A stretch of 64,000 nt of DNA, taken from the NCBI GenBank assembly GCA_977017645.1, contig OZ360246.1, positions 29,202,001 through 29,266,000 of the forward strand, given 5' to 3'. Positions within the stretch are counted from its first letter, which is position 1; each line of letters starts with the position of its first letter. The notes beneath the pieces are model-generated. The model ran no database searches, had not been told where the DNA came from, and worked only from the letters and a program-made list of their open reading frames with translations. The DNA comes from Torpedo marmorata. Lineage: Eukaryota. The translations under genes were made by a program, and so were the position numbers. Below, in pieces: positions 11,686-24,556 of this stretch.

Positions 11686-11889
11686 TAAAGGTAAAAGGTT
11701 CCATTGTTGTCACGTAATACTACATTTAGAATGTAACATACATGAAATTCTTTAACTTTGTCTGCCATAAGGAAGACAGAGAGTCGCTACTTTGTCCAGC
11801 GTCCCTCACAGAAATGAGGCCCCAGCGAGGAACGAACTCGCAACCCCTGGTTTACAAGACCAGTGCTCTAACCACTGAGCTATGGAGCT
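11686..11889 (-). mobile_element. Chimeric retroposon: tRNA-Thr head plus a ~130-bp tail shared with the 5S-headed element at 52643-52874
   Basis: Tail 11814-11686 differs from 52772-52644 at about 11 of ~130 positions and ends in (ACCTTT) repeats. Confidence 0.85.
11817..11889 (-). pseudogene. tRNA-Thr(TGT)-derived sequence, probably a retroposed non-functional copy
   Basis: 73-nt cloverleaf AGCTCCA TA GCTC AGTGGTTA GAGC A CTGGT CTTGTAA ACCAG GGGTT GCGAG TTCGTTC CTCGC TGGGGCC T; anticodon TGT at 11856-11854; G1A breaks the first pair and A58T breaks the B box. Confidence 0.88.
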
Positions 11890-12429
11890 ATGATGGCCTT
11901 GACAATGATATTGGAATAAAATCAAATCTGTACCAATGATTTGAATTAGAGGATAAATACTTAACCCTTCTTCCTTCTCCAAGATCTTGTCAGGGCTGAT
12001 GTCGATGGGATTTCCCAAACGACACTACGTGCATCTGTTTCACCTGTTTGTAGAGGCCTCAAATTTCACCTTTCAGCACAAGCAGTTGGGGAAATTCGCT
12101 TGCAATTGAAGCGTCAGATTTGTTACATGTTGAAGTTTTGAACTGATCCACAAGTCCTGCACTCTGAAACTTATTTCTACAGCTCTGCCTTCATGTTTGA
12201 CAAGGAACACCCATTTCCTATTTACACGAATTGTGGATAAACTGTTAACTCGTTCACAGAGCTTCAGCCGCAGAAAAGCTCAACTGCATAGCCCTGGCTA
12301 TTTTCCTAATCAATCTCCTCACTGTCTTCTCACTGTGACCTGAAATTTTACTTCCTGTTTTAAAGAATGAGGAGTAAAAAGTGATAAGGTTCCAGGATTA
12401 GAATTTCTTAACTGTTCTGACTGACCAAT

Positions 12430-12688
12430 TTTTAAATGTAGACATACAGCACTGTAACAGGCCATTTCAGCCCACGTGTCCGTGCCGCCCAATTTACACT
12501 CCATTAACCTACATCCCCGGTACGTTTTGAACGGTGGGAGGAAACCGGAGCCCCCGGAGAAAACCCACGCAGACACGGGGAGAACGTACAAACTCCTTAC
12601 AGACAGTGCGGGACTCGAACCCCGGTCCGGTCCCAATCGCTGGCGCTGTAAAGGCACTGTGCTAACCGCTACGCTAACCGTGCCGCCC
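12430..12688 (-). mobile_element. V-SINE copy, full length
   Basis: Same family as 8227-8486. Confidence 0.9.
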
Positions 12689-13140
12689 TTCTGTAGAAGC
12701 GAATCTGTAGAAGTGACTGTTTGAAGGGTTCTAACATTAATTTTCCAACTTAATGAAAGATGTAGAACATCATGACAGATGTAAAGGTAAGCAGTCTCTT
12801 GGGCTCTGGTTATTTATACTGATCTCAGTCTGATTACACTGGGTTTACATTCCGGAAATGTTAACACAATCAGCAGGAACTCTCAGTTCAAGCACTGTCC
12901 GGAAAAATAAACTAAAAGTACACTCATTTCTGGAAAGCCTGTAGGATATTCAGCCCCCAGAGATTGAAGGGCGTAGGTAGACTTGGCCCTGATTGAGCAC
13001 GGTTCCAACCAGCTTACACATGGTGGTCTGTGTCCTTCCCAGGATGGGAAGTGGTCTGTGTCCTTCCCAGTCTGAGGGGGTTGGACGTAAATATGGGAGA
13101 GTTGAGAGTTGAAGATGGGAGAGATGGCACGGATAACGTA

Positions 13141-13420
13141 GGGGCTGCACGGTTAGTGTAGCGGTTAGCGCAACACTGTTACAGCGCCAGCGATCGGGAC
13201 CGGGGTTCGAATCCCGCGCTGTCTGTAAGGAGTTTGTACGTTCTCCCCGTGACCACGTGGGTTTTCCCCGAGGCTCCAGTTTCCTCCCACCCTTCAAAAC
13301 TTATCGGGGGTTGTAGGTCAATTGGGCGTAATTGGGCGGCACGGGCTCGTGGGCTGAAAGGGCCTATAACCGCGCTGTATTGTCTAAATTTATAAAAGAT
13401 AATTAAAAAGAAAAATTTAA
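13141..13420 (+). mobile_element. V-SINE copy, full length with A-rich tail
   Basis: Same family as 8227-8486. Confidence 0.88.
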
Positions 13421-14019
13421 AAATTACCCCAGCCCTCGTGAAGAAGGGGTTGGGTTGTACCTGGCTCCCAGAATGAGGGTGTGGGATAGTTTTGGCCACT
13501 AAAGTGCTGGGATTGAGTAACTAGCTCCAGTGAGAGATGGCGGAAGACTTAGCCCCCCTATAAGAAGGGCTAAGGGTGCAACACCCTTGAAGAGGGTACT
13601 GAGGTCGCAATTCCAGTGAGTGATAGGTTGGGATGGTCAGCTCCAGTGAGTACTAATTTGGGGGTGTCACGGTCCTAGTAAACTAGGTATTGGGATGCCT
13701 GTCCTAGTGAGTGACTGTAGTGATCAGTCCCAGTGAGTGAGAGCTTTAGGCTGGTCCCATCCCCCAAAGGGTGAACGAGTTGGGTGGTGTCAGCCCTAGT
13801 GACCTCAAGCATTAGTGAGCCGAACCCATCATTGACTGAAAGGTGCATTTATAATGAAATAAAACAATAACATTGACACTGTGCTTAGTGAAACCTACAT
13901 CCAGCGAAGGTCTTGATCCTCCACATCTGCCTTTCCTATCCTTTTTTACTCTTCCTGCTTCTTGCTCCTACTTTGTTGGGAGAATTCTCCTCATTTCTAA
14001 TCCCAGTACCTCAGCATAC

Positions 14020-14155
14020 AGAGGGTGAGAGGAAACCGGAGCACCCGGGGAAAACCCACGCAGGTTACGGGGAGAACGTACAAACCCCTTGCAGACAGCG
14101 GCAGGTTCGAACCCAGGTCTCTGGCGCTGTAATAGCATTGTGCTAGCCGCTGCCC
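14020..14155 (-). mobile_element. V-SINE 5' half
   Basis: tRNA-like head and V-domain only. Confidence 0.75.
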
Positions 14156-14322
14156 ACATTCTGAGGCATTCTGTTTAAAAAGCAGCAAAGTCTCCCAGTC
14201 TCTTCAATAAAACCCATCAACACCAGAGAACTGGATATGCTGCTTTGCTTATACACATTAACAGCAGTGACCATTCTGAGATGAATTGGATCATCATCAT
14301 GTTTCAGTAAAAAAGATTGCCC

Positions 14323-17300
14323 ACACTATCCGAAATATTTAAAGTCAATTTGCAACCCTGCCCGTTGACTGCAATATTTGGAATCTCCGACAACTCCGTA
14401 AATTCCCTGCAGAAAGATACGATAGCATTTACATCCCTATCAGCCAAGCGTCTAATCTTGTTACACTGGAAGTCTGATAGGGGTCCTTCTATTACACAAT
14501 GGATTAAGGACATCAGTTTCTTTATTAAACTGGAGAAAATCAAATACACATTAAGAAGGTCCACCGGATCCATATATGGAAGTACTGCATCAAATTACGG
14601 AAACTCATTCACTACCGAAAACTTTTTAAAATGCAATAATTACAGTTATACCAAAGAAGGATATGGATGTATTAAAAACTGAATCTTATAGGCCTATTTC
14701 ATTATTAAATGTAGATTATAAAATAATGGCAAAAATTTTAGCAAATAGAATGGCTAATTATTTGCCAGATTTGATTCATGTAGATCAAGCTGGTTTCATT
14801 AAAAATAGATATTCAAAAGACAATATAGCTAGATTGATTAGTTTAATTAATTTGCATAAAAAGAAACAAGATTTACCATTAGTTTTAACATTAGACGCTG
14901 AAAAGGCTTTTGATAGATTAGAATGGAATTTTTTATTTAAGGTGTTGGAGAAATTTGGCTTTGGAAATACATTTATTAATTGGATTAAAACTATATATAG
15001 AGAACCATCTGCTAAAGTAGTTACAAATGGACAAATTTCCTCAAAATTTCCTTTGACTCGTTCTACTAGACAGGGATGTCCTCTGTCACCAGCATTATTT
15101 ATTTTGGCGATAGAACCTTTGGCTGAATTAGTTAGAAAAGATCCTAAAATAGTTGGTATTAAAGTTGGTACGGAAGAACATAAAATTAGCTTGTTTGCAG
15201 ATGATGTACTGATATATATGACAAAATCTATTACATCACTTCAACAATTATCTATTATATTAAGAGACTATGGGGAAATATCTGGATATAAAATTAATTC
15301 TGATAAAAGTGAAATAATGGCAATATCTCAAGGTGATTATAGTAGATGTAAAGAAATTACACAATTTAAATGGGCAAAGGAGGGAATTAAATATTTGGGA
15401 GTAAAGGTTGATACAAATTGGATAATTTATATAAATTAAATTATTTACCATTATTTGCGAAAATAAAGAAAAACTTAGAGAATTGGAAAGATTTACCTAT
15501 AACTTTAATGGGAAGAGTAAATTGTATTAAAATGAATATTTTTCCAAGAATTCAGTATCTTTTTCAATCAATTCCTTATGGAATTCCTCAAAAAATTTTT
15601 AAAGATTTAAATTTAATTACTAGGAAATTTTAATGGAAAGGAAAGTTAGCAAGAGTAGGTATGGAAAAATTAACTTGGAATTATGAAATGGGTGGTTTAC
15701 AACTTCCTAATTTCCAAAATTATTATAAAGCAGCTCAATTAAAATTTGTTAATGAATTTTTTGATTCAACTAAATCTTCTGCTTGGATTAAGATAGAATT
15801 AAATAATATAGGAGAAGACCTCAAAGAAGAAATTATTTATAAATGGGATTCTAAATTAATATCAATAAAAAAGAAGAATTCGCCCATTTTTAAACATTTG
15901 TTAGAAATATGGAATAAGACGGATAAGGAAATAGGAGCAAAAGGATTGATTTCTTCAAAGATGCCTTTATATCAAAATGGACTTATTCCATTTACTATTA
16001 ATAATCAATTATTTAAAATTTGGTTTCAAAAAGGAGTTAAGAAGATTAATGATTGTTTTGAAGCTGGGAAATTTATTACGTTTCAAAGAATGAAAGATAA
16101 ATTTAATATACTAGATAATACATTTTTGGCTTATTATCAAATTAAAGCTTTTTTGACTGAGAAATTAGGTTATGCTTTGACTTTACCAAGACAAAATGAA
16201 TTAGAATTATTAGTTACTAATGGAGATGTTAATAAATTTATTTCTCAAATGTATAAATTGTTTCAGAGGAAAATGACTGCATAAATCAAGATTAAAATGG
16301 GAATTAGATTTGAATGTAAATATAGATGAAAATCATTGGAAAGAATTATGTAAATTAAGTATGACGAAGATTATCAACGTTAGATATAGACTAGTTCAAT
16401 ATAATTTTTTTCATCAATTATATTTAACACCTAAAAAATTAAAGAAATTTAATCCGGCATTATCAGGTTTATGTTTTAAATGTAATAAAGAGGAAGGGTC
16501 TTTTGTACATTCTACATGGTTTTGTCCAAAGGTTTATGATTTTTGGTTGAAAGTTAAAAAATTTTTAGATAAAGTATTTAAGATTACATGTCCAAAGGAT
16601 CCTATGATATTTTTGTTTGGAGATATTAAAAAATTTAGTATTAAGAAGAAATTAAATATGTATCAAGTAGAATTTTTGTGAATTGCTTTAGCTGTTTCAA
16701 AGAAATGTATTGCTATTACTTGGAAATCTGATTTAGATTTAGGATTAGAAAGATGGCATGCAGAACTTCGTTCGTGTATACCACTGGAAAAAATTACTTA
16801 TAATTTACGTAATAAATATCATTTTTTCTTAAAAATTTAGAGCCCATATATGAAAGCTGTTGGTTTAAGGATTTGAAGATCTCTGGATATCGGATCTACT
16901 GGCACACTTGACCTCCATAATAGAATTAGTTTATAGATGGCATTCCCCTTACTCTATCTTTTTCTTTCTTTCTTTTTTCTATTTTTACATTTTATTTTTA
17001 CTAGATTAGTGGGGGTGGGGGGGGGGGGTTGGGGAGGGGAGGGAGGGAGGGGGGGAGAAAATGTATCACAAATAATTTGATAATTTTATATTCTATTTTA
17101 TGTATTTTGTGATTAAAAATTTTAAATAAAATATTTTTAAAAAAAGAAGGTCCACCGGAAAATGTGTCCATAAATGGCAACCATTTATGCATTATTTCTC
17201 TGAATTACGAGTGCTTTTGGAGTAAATGACTAACTGTGAGACGGTTGTACCAGTACAATTGGTAATATACCGATGATGCTGTCAACAAAGGTGCCAAGAT

Positions 17301-17467
17301 GGTCAGGGGGTGGGGGGTCCGGGTGTGTATCTGAGGGTGTATGTTAACGTTTGTGTATATGTGTGTTGGTTTTTCTGTTAAAAAAATAAAATAGGAGCAC
17401 AATGTACATCTGTATAATGTGTACAAAGCTGTTGTTGATGCTCAATAAATATATTTTTGGAAAAAAA
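14323..17467 (+). mobile_element. Older L1 3' fragment (14323-14568 and 17160-17467) split by a younger L1
   Basis: L1 ORF2 C-terminus (AKRLILLHWKS...WIKDISFFIKLEKIKYTLR|..KWQPF) continues across the insertion; AATAAA plus A tail near 17445-17467; degenerate TSD aaaaagattgccca / aaaaaggattaccca. Confidence 0.78.
14569..17143 (+). mobile_element. L1 LINE, 5'-truncated; disrupted ORF2 (RT plus C-terminal Cys/His knuckle)
   Basis: ORFs 14663-15439 (YRPISLLNVDYK, DAEKAFD, TRQGCPLSP, FADD), 15418-15633, 15661-16284 and 16310-16681 (CFKC...HSTWFC); G-rich 3' UTR, AATAAA and A tail; 16-bp TSD aagaaggtccaccgga at 14553-14568 and 17144-17159, at a TT/AAGAA site. Confidence 0.95.
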
Positions 17468-18679
17468 GGATTACCCAGAGAGACTGAAAACCTCAGTCCC
17501 GTGTCGTTTATAAGCTATCATTTGTAAGCTAATGTGACTCGTCAGATTTAGCTGAAATATTTACATCAAACAAGGGTGTGATGTGTGTGATATGGACTTT
17601 ATGTGGCTCTGGTGTGAATGAGTACTGGGTGAGTGATTAAGTTCGCAGGATATAGGACATTGAACATTTAAATCACCTTGGTAACAGAGCAACTACAATA
17701 AACTACCAAACTTAGCTTTAAATTGGACAAGCAACCAACATACTAAAGGTCTCATTCCACTCCGACAACACTCTCTTCTCCCTCCTCCCTTTGGGAAGAA
17801 GATTCAAGATTTGCGCATCACCAGTTTCTTTCCCGCTACTATCACACTTCTGAATGAGCCTCACTCTCGGCAAATAATGTTGCCCTAACTCTGTTCAAAT
17901 TGATCTCTCACTGGAACGCCATGTTTCATTCTGCTGTACTTCTGTAAGAATAGACTGGGAAGGCATGCAAAACAAACCTTAACACTGTAGCTTCGATATC
18001 TAACAATAAACGTAAGCTTGAACTGGAAAATGTTCAGACTCAACATTGAGTTCCCTTCATACTGGGGGTTGTGGCAGCAGCAAGTTAACAATATCTTCTG
18101 TGCCAACGCGTTATTAATATTCAACTCTCCTGGGTCACAAAGGTGAGAGAAACCAAAGACTTCCTTCCCAATCCCTCTTCATCGGGCCTGTCAATAACCA
18201 GGCCTGTCAATCATCAGGCCTGTCAATCACCAGGCCAGAGACTGAAATATAACAAGGAGAGAGGAGAAGAAAACAGTCGTTCACATCACAGAAATAATAG
18301 GGAATTTCCGATGGTTCTGGGGGGATTCTTTAAGCACCAACCCACTAATTCACAAAGTCTGGGAGGTGATGAAGTGCTTGTTCAACTCAAAATGTGGTAA
18401 TGGTTCAGAGATGTACATGGTCTTCAGTCAGAAGCAGACATGGAAAGCCTTTTGGGTGATACCATCCTATTCATGCTGAAATACCACTCATTCAAGCATG
18501 ATCACTGCACACAACAATTAAATGAGCCCAAAGATAGAAATCCATCCTATGTCACTTGCACTAAATAGACTCAACTGACTCTCCGCCCATTTTATCCCTC
18601 TCTCCCTTTAACACAGTGAATTGGGTCAAATATTGGGAGGGGAGAACTTTGAAGTTCAATGCTGACAACCAAACACATG

Positions 18680-20330
18680 TCAGGTGATCCGGCCTTCTAC
18701 AAGAAATCCAAGCATGACCTCTGCAAGGCCATCAGAGGCAGTTCCAAACCAAACCATTCCCAGACGAACCTCATGGACACCAGGCGACTGCTAGAAAGCG
18801 AAACCGGGCAGAATAGTAAGCAACAGTGCATCCCTCCTCAACAAGCTCAATGCATTCCATGCTTGAAGCAGCGGCACACACCATTTCAACCTCAGGCACA
18901 GCTGCACTCACGGTCACCACCGCAGACGTCAGCTCGGCCCTCCGGAGAGGGAACCCGCGGAAAGCGATTGGCCCAGATGGACGTGTCCTTCAAGCCTGAG
19001 CTGACCAACTGATGGGAGTGTTCACAGACATCTCCAAACTCACAGGCAGAAGTACCCAGCTGCTTCAAGAAGGCTATTATCACCCTGGTGATGAAGAAGA
19101 ACATTGAGACGGGCCAAAATGACCACTGCCTGGTGGTTCTGACATCCTCCAACATGAGGTGCTTTGAGAGGCTGGTCTTGGCTCACATACACTCCAGCCT
19201 CCCAGCCAGCCTCGACCCTCTTCAACTCGCCTACCGCCACAACAGGTCCATGACAGACAACATCACCTAGCCCTACACTCTGCCCTGCAACACCTGGACA
19301 ACAAGGCCACCGATATAAGCCTACTATTCGTTGACTACAGCTCCACCTTCAACTCATCACCATACTCTGGGACCCGAGCCTCAGCACCCCACTCTGTCCA
19401 CAAGCAGTGGGGAGTGGAGACAGCACTTCCTCCACTATCACCCTTAACATCGGTGCCCCATAAGGCTCTGTACTCAGCCCCCGACTATACTCCCTGTGGC
19501 CACACCTCTCCAACGCCATTTATTAAATCCTTGAAGACATCACCATCATAGGCTGGATCTCAAACAATAACGAATCAGAATGCAGAAGGGAGATTGAGGT
19601 TAATGCACAAAGGTGCTGGAGAAACTCAGCGGGTCCCACAGCGTCCATAGGAGGCAAATGAGATATAACCAACGTTTCGGGCCTGTGCCCTTTGTCAAGG
19701 TTTGAGTAAAAAGCAGGCAGGCACCTGAATAAAAAGGTAGGGGGAGGAGGGAAGAAGGGGCGGGGGAGGGGCACAGGCCAACGGCCAAGAGGCCGTAGGT
19801 GGACATGGATAGGTGGCAGGAGAGAAAAGCTGAGAATTGATCAGGGAAGGGGGGGTAGCTCTGTGAATGCAGATCTGGAGGAAGGGAGAGAGAGGGATAG
19901 GGAAAGAAAGAGAGAAACCGGGTGGGAGCTGGAGCAAAAAAGACATGGGGAGAGGAAAAGAGAGAGATGATGGGGGGGGAGGGGGGGGGCTAAGGGAAAC
20001 CAGAGAAATCGATGATAACGCCACCTGGTTGGTGGGTGCCCACTCAGAATATGAGGTGATGTTCCTCCAATTTGCAAAAGATTGAGGGACTAGTGACTTG
20101 GTACCTGGCTAACAACCTCTCCCTCGATGCCAGCATTACCAAAGAGATGGTCATAGACTCTGAAAGAGGAATGGAGCTCAGTGTCCTGTCCACATCACTG
20201 GTGCAGAAGTGGAGAGAGCAGTCAGCTTTAAGTCCCTACAAGTAAACATCTCCAGTAATCTGTCCTGGTCCAGCCCCGTCAATGCAATGACCAAGAAAGA
20301 AGCCTGAGGAAATCTCTGCCATCCTTACCC
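18680..20330 (+). mobile_element. Degenerate Rex1/Babar-type LINE RT fragment
   Basis: Remnant motifs NDHCLVVLTS...CFERLV...SLDPLQLAYRHNRS and LLFVDYSSTFN; interrupted by the PLE at 19600-20078. Confidence 0.78.
19600..20078 (-). mobile_element. Penelope-like 3' fragment with hammerhead-like motif
   Basis: 9-bp direct repeat agattgagg at 19591-19599 and 20079-20087; motif TTGACAAAGGGCACAGGCCCGAAACGTT at about 19698-19671. Confidence 0.78.
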
Positions 20331-20479
20331 AATCTGTTTTACGTGTAACTCCAGTCTCACTCTAAGCGATTGAATCACAAATCTCTGAATGGTCTGGCAA
20401 GTCATTCATTAAAGGTGGGAAATAAATGCAGATCTTCCAGCAATTCCCAAGCCTCCCCCTTCCCAATGCAACTGGACCC

Positions 20480-20582
20480 AAGTCTGAGGAAGGGATCAGG
20501 CCCGAAAAGTCGATAATATAGCTTTACCTCCGATGGACGCTGCGAGATCTGCCGAGTTCCTCCAGCATTTCTGTGTTTTTAT
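20480..20582 (+). mobile_element. Short Penelope pseudo-LTR end
   Basis: ctgaggaagggatcaggcccgaaaagtc...gagttcctccagcatttctgtgttttta, matching the other PLE ends. Confidence 0.65.
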
Positions 20583-20820
20583 GACAAATATGATACTTCC
20601 CACGCAAGCCTCACTGTACAACTGTGTCCCTAATCCTGACCTGCTTCTCAAGGCCTAGGCTCCATTCCTTTGGGTGCAATAGATTGTTGCCTGACATAAA
20701 CTTGTCCCAGAGCATTGGAGCTCAACAATCCTCTCATGCATGTCAGGCATGGCATAAGAATTCCTCAATTGCACACTCTCTTCTTGGCCCAATAACTAAC
20801 ACAGGGGTTTGCACTCTTAC

Positions 20821-21026
20821 CCTTCCACTTTTGACATTCTCAGTGCAGGACTTGATGTACATTGGCATCGCCATGACAACTTCCAGCCAGGCCTGTACAG
20901 TACCCGCCTTCCACTGAGACATTGGCATGGTCCTTGCAATCTCCACTTGCTGCAACCTGTCCAGATGCTCATCGCCCTCTGATAAGCTGAGACTCAGGTG
21001 TGTGGGGCTGGACAAACTGTCGGAAT
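20821..21026 (-). CDS. KAZN: Kazrin exon, first exon specific to the long isoform, start of SAM1 (DSDSLSSPTHLSLSLSEGDEHLDRLQQVEIARTMPMSQWKAGTVQAWLEVVMAMPMYIKSCTENVKSGR)
   Basis: 206 nt, phase 1/0; acceptor ttcactgcag, donor AGG|gtaag; WKAGTVQAWLEVVMAMPMY matches kazrin. A kazrin paralog cannot be excluded. Confidence 0.95.
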
Positions 21027-22276
21027 CTGCAGTGAATAGAAACGTTAACATCAGCAAAGTCACAGAACAATTGTTTTCAAATCTCATGACTTTGTAGCAA
21101 AATGCTGTTCTTAATTTCCATTTTTACAAATTTCTCAGGTTCAAAATGCTTGGGATTAATTGGAGAGCTGGGGATTATCGTTCATACTGCTGTAGGAATA
21201 CTTGGTAAAGCATCAGGCACACAGCCCCTCAAACCTGACCTGTCATTCGGTACTTCACAGTCTTTCCAATCCATTCACTCATCTTTAATCCATGCCTGTC
21301 AATATTGTTTACCAAACAAATCCACGGGCATTACTGAACTCCCAGCACCACAGACAGTTCCAAGATTCCACTACCCCTTCTGGGGAAAAAGTGCTCCTGA
21401 TTTCACACCCATATGGCCCAGGTCTAACTTGCTTTGCATGCCCTCACGAGAGGAAATTTCTACTCCATTTGTCATTTTAAATATCTCCACTGGATCCAAA
21501 ACAATTTATATTTAAATGCCATCTTTCATGTATCAGAAATGTCGCAAGGTTCTTCGCAGGAGGGCTATAAACATAAAATGTAATTTTGAACCACGAACTG
21601 GTCAAAGGGTTAGTCAGGGTGGTAGATTTTAAAGCACAGGGCCTTGTATAAGTCTGATCAAGGCCCCTTGTCACACCATCTTTCTCAATTGTACGTTAAG
21701 CTTCAGCTCCACCCTTCAAATGTCAATGAGCCAACTGCATGTTATAGATGATAAACGTTCAAACTTATAATGTTCTAAGAGTCTAGAACACTTGGATTCA
21801 ATCGGTAGCCTTTGCTGAGTAATCTGATGTTTGCTGAGATGTTAGAGATGATCGCCCACATCCCTCAAGCTTGAAAGGGCTTGGGCGAGAGGAGTGGGTG
21901 ACATAATGAGCAAAGTCCCTGCTCCTGACTGCTGGGCACCAAATCCTGCAGGTAACGCAAACAGAGTGTACTGAAGGGAGGCAGAATTAAACTGTGTTAG
22001 CTCCATGGGAGAGGTTATCAAGAATGGGATGGCACAGACATAGTTTAAGATGCAGAGAGGTGAAACCAAGTATTGAATGAGTTTAGGAGAGATGTTGGAA
22101 GGTAAGGGCTTGTGGTATTGGAGAAAGTATGTTCGCATGGATTGAAATCTGATTAACGCAATGAAGACAGAGATTCAGAACAAATGGGTCTTTTTCAGGT
22201 ATGGATGCAACAAGTAGATTACCTTCAATTATTTACTATTTATATTGATGACCTAGAGGAGGGGGCAGAACATAAG

Positions 22277-22453
22277 CAGGGGTGGCCAACCTTTTAATTT
22301 TAAATTTAGACATACAGCACGGTAACAGGCCATTTTGGCCCACGAGTCCGTGACGCCCAATTAACCTACATCCCCGGTATGTACTCGTGGGCCGAAATGG
22401 CCTGTTACCGTGTTGTATGTCTAAATTAAAAATTAAAAGGTTGGCAACCCCTG
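22277..22453. mobile_element. 177-bp palindromic MITE: hAT-type termini plus inverted SINE 3' tails
   Basis: Arms 22277-22347 and 22383-22453 match at about 67 of 71 positions; termini CAGGGGTGGCCAACC; flanks acataag / atgtaag. Confidence 0.85.
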
Positions 22454-22891
22454 ATGTAAGGTATCTAAAATTGTTGATAAAGGCCTAGTACGATGAGGAT
22501 ATTTAGACTTTACAATGAGATATAGATTGATTGGTAATTGGGCTTTAATGCATGAAAGGGTGATGTATGAGAATGCAAAGGCAGACTATTAACCAGAAGG
22601 AGAGGAAATGCAAATGAGTGAAGTATAGCAGGATCGAGATGTTCTTGTGCATGAATCACAAATGTTAGTTGGCAGGTGCTGCAAGTAGTTAGGAAAATGA
22701 AGAGGGTTAGAGTTTAGAAATAGGGAAGTACTGTAATTGCAAAGGGTACTCATGAGGCCACACACTGCACAGTTTTGTTCCCCTTATTAAAATATATGCT
22801 GGCATCGGAGGCAGTCCAAATTCACTGGGCAAATTGCTTGGATGAGGGGGGCTATCTTATCACAGGTGGGTAAAGAAGTTGGAACTGTATT

Positions 22892-23779
<888 letters not shown>

Positions 23780-23790
23780 GGAACTGTATT

Positions 23791-24047
23791 TTTTTTTTAA
23801 ATTAAAAAAAATTTTTTAGACATACAGCACTGTAACACGTCATTTCGGCCCACGAGCCCGTGCAGCCCAATTTACACCCAATTAACCTACAGCCCCCGGT
23901 ACGTTTCGAAGGGTGGGAGGAAACCGGATCCGCAGACACGGGGAGAACGTACAAACTCCTTACACACAGCACGGGATTCGAACCCCAGTCCCGATCGCTG
24001 GCGCTGTAAAGGCGTTGTGCTAACCGCTACGCCAACCGTGTCGCCCA
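23791..24047 (-). mobile_element. V-SINE copy with A-rich tail, sharing its TSD with the ferritin retrocopy
   Basis: Flanked by ggaactgtattt at 23780-23791 and 24048-24059. Confidence 0.9.
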
Positions 24048-24344
24048 GGAACTGTATTTCTTTGGGGTTTAGAAGGATGGAAAATGATTTATTGAAACAT
24101 ATAATGACTTAAGGGGACATGACAGGGTAAATGTTAAGATGTGAGTGCATCTCAAAGGACATAATTTCAAAATAAGGGCTGGTCATTTTAAACTGAGGTG
24201 TGAAGGAATTTCAGCTCAGAGGTTGATGAATTCTTTACAGCAGTCTGGCTCTCATTTGTAGGGTGAAGACATATTGAGGTGTGATTGCGAGGTAGAGTGA
24301 GGGAGAGTTTCTTTTATATTTCCATGATCCTTACTTGCCTGTTA

Positions 24345-24556
24345 AGGCAATACGGTTAGCGCGACGCAATTACAGCGCCCGCGACCCGGGTTCAAATCCG
24401 GCGCTGTCTGTAAGGAGTTTGTACGTTCTCCCCGTCACCGTGTGGGTTTCCTTCCACATTCTAAAGACGTACGGGGTTTGCAGCTTAATAGGGAACATGG
24501 GTGCAACTGGGTGGCGCGGGCTTGTAGGCCGGAAGGGCCTGTTACTGTGCTCTGGT
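24345..24556 (+). mobile_element. V-SINE copy, diverged
   Basis: B box ggttcaaatcc, V-domain and CR1-like tail. Confidence 0.8.

Noticed and set aside
11817-11889. Functional tRNA-Thr gene
   Set aside because: A58T breaks the B box, the 1-72 pair is mismatched, there is no T4 terminator directly downstream, and it is fused to a retroposon tail.
11958-12043. Extra KAZN exon after the acceptor-like ctacaaacag
   Set aside because: The phase-0 frame required here hits a stop, there is no kazrin similarity, and the donor is weak.
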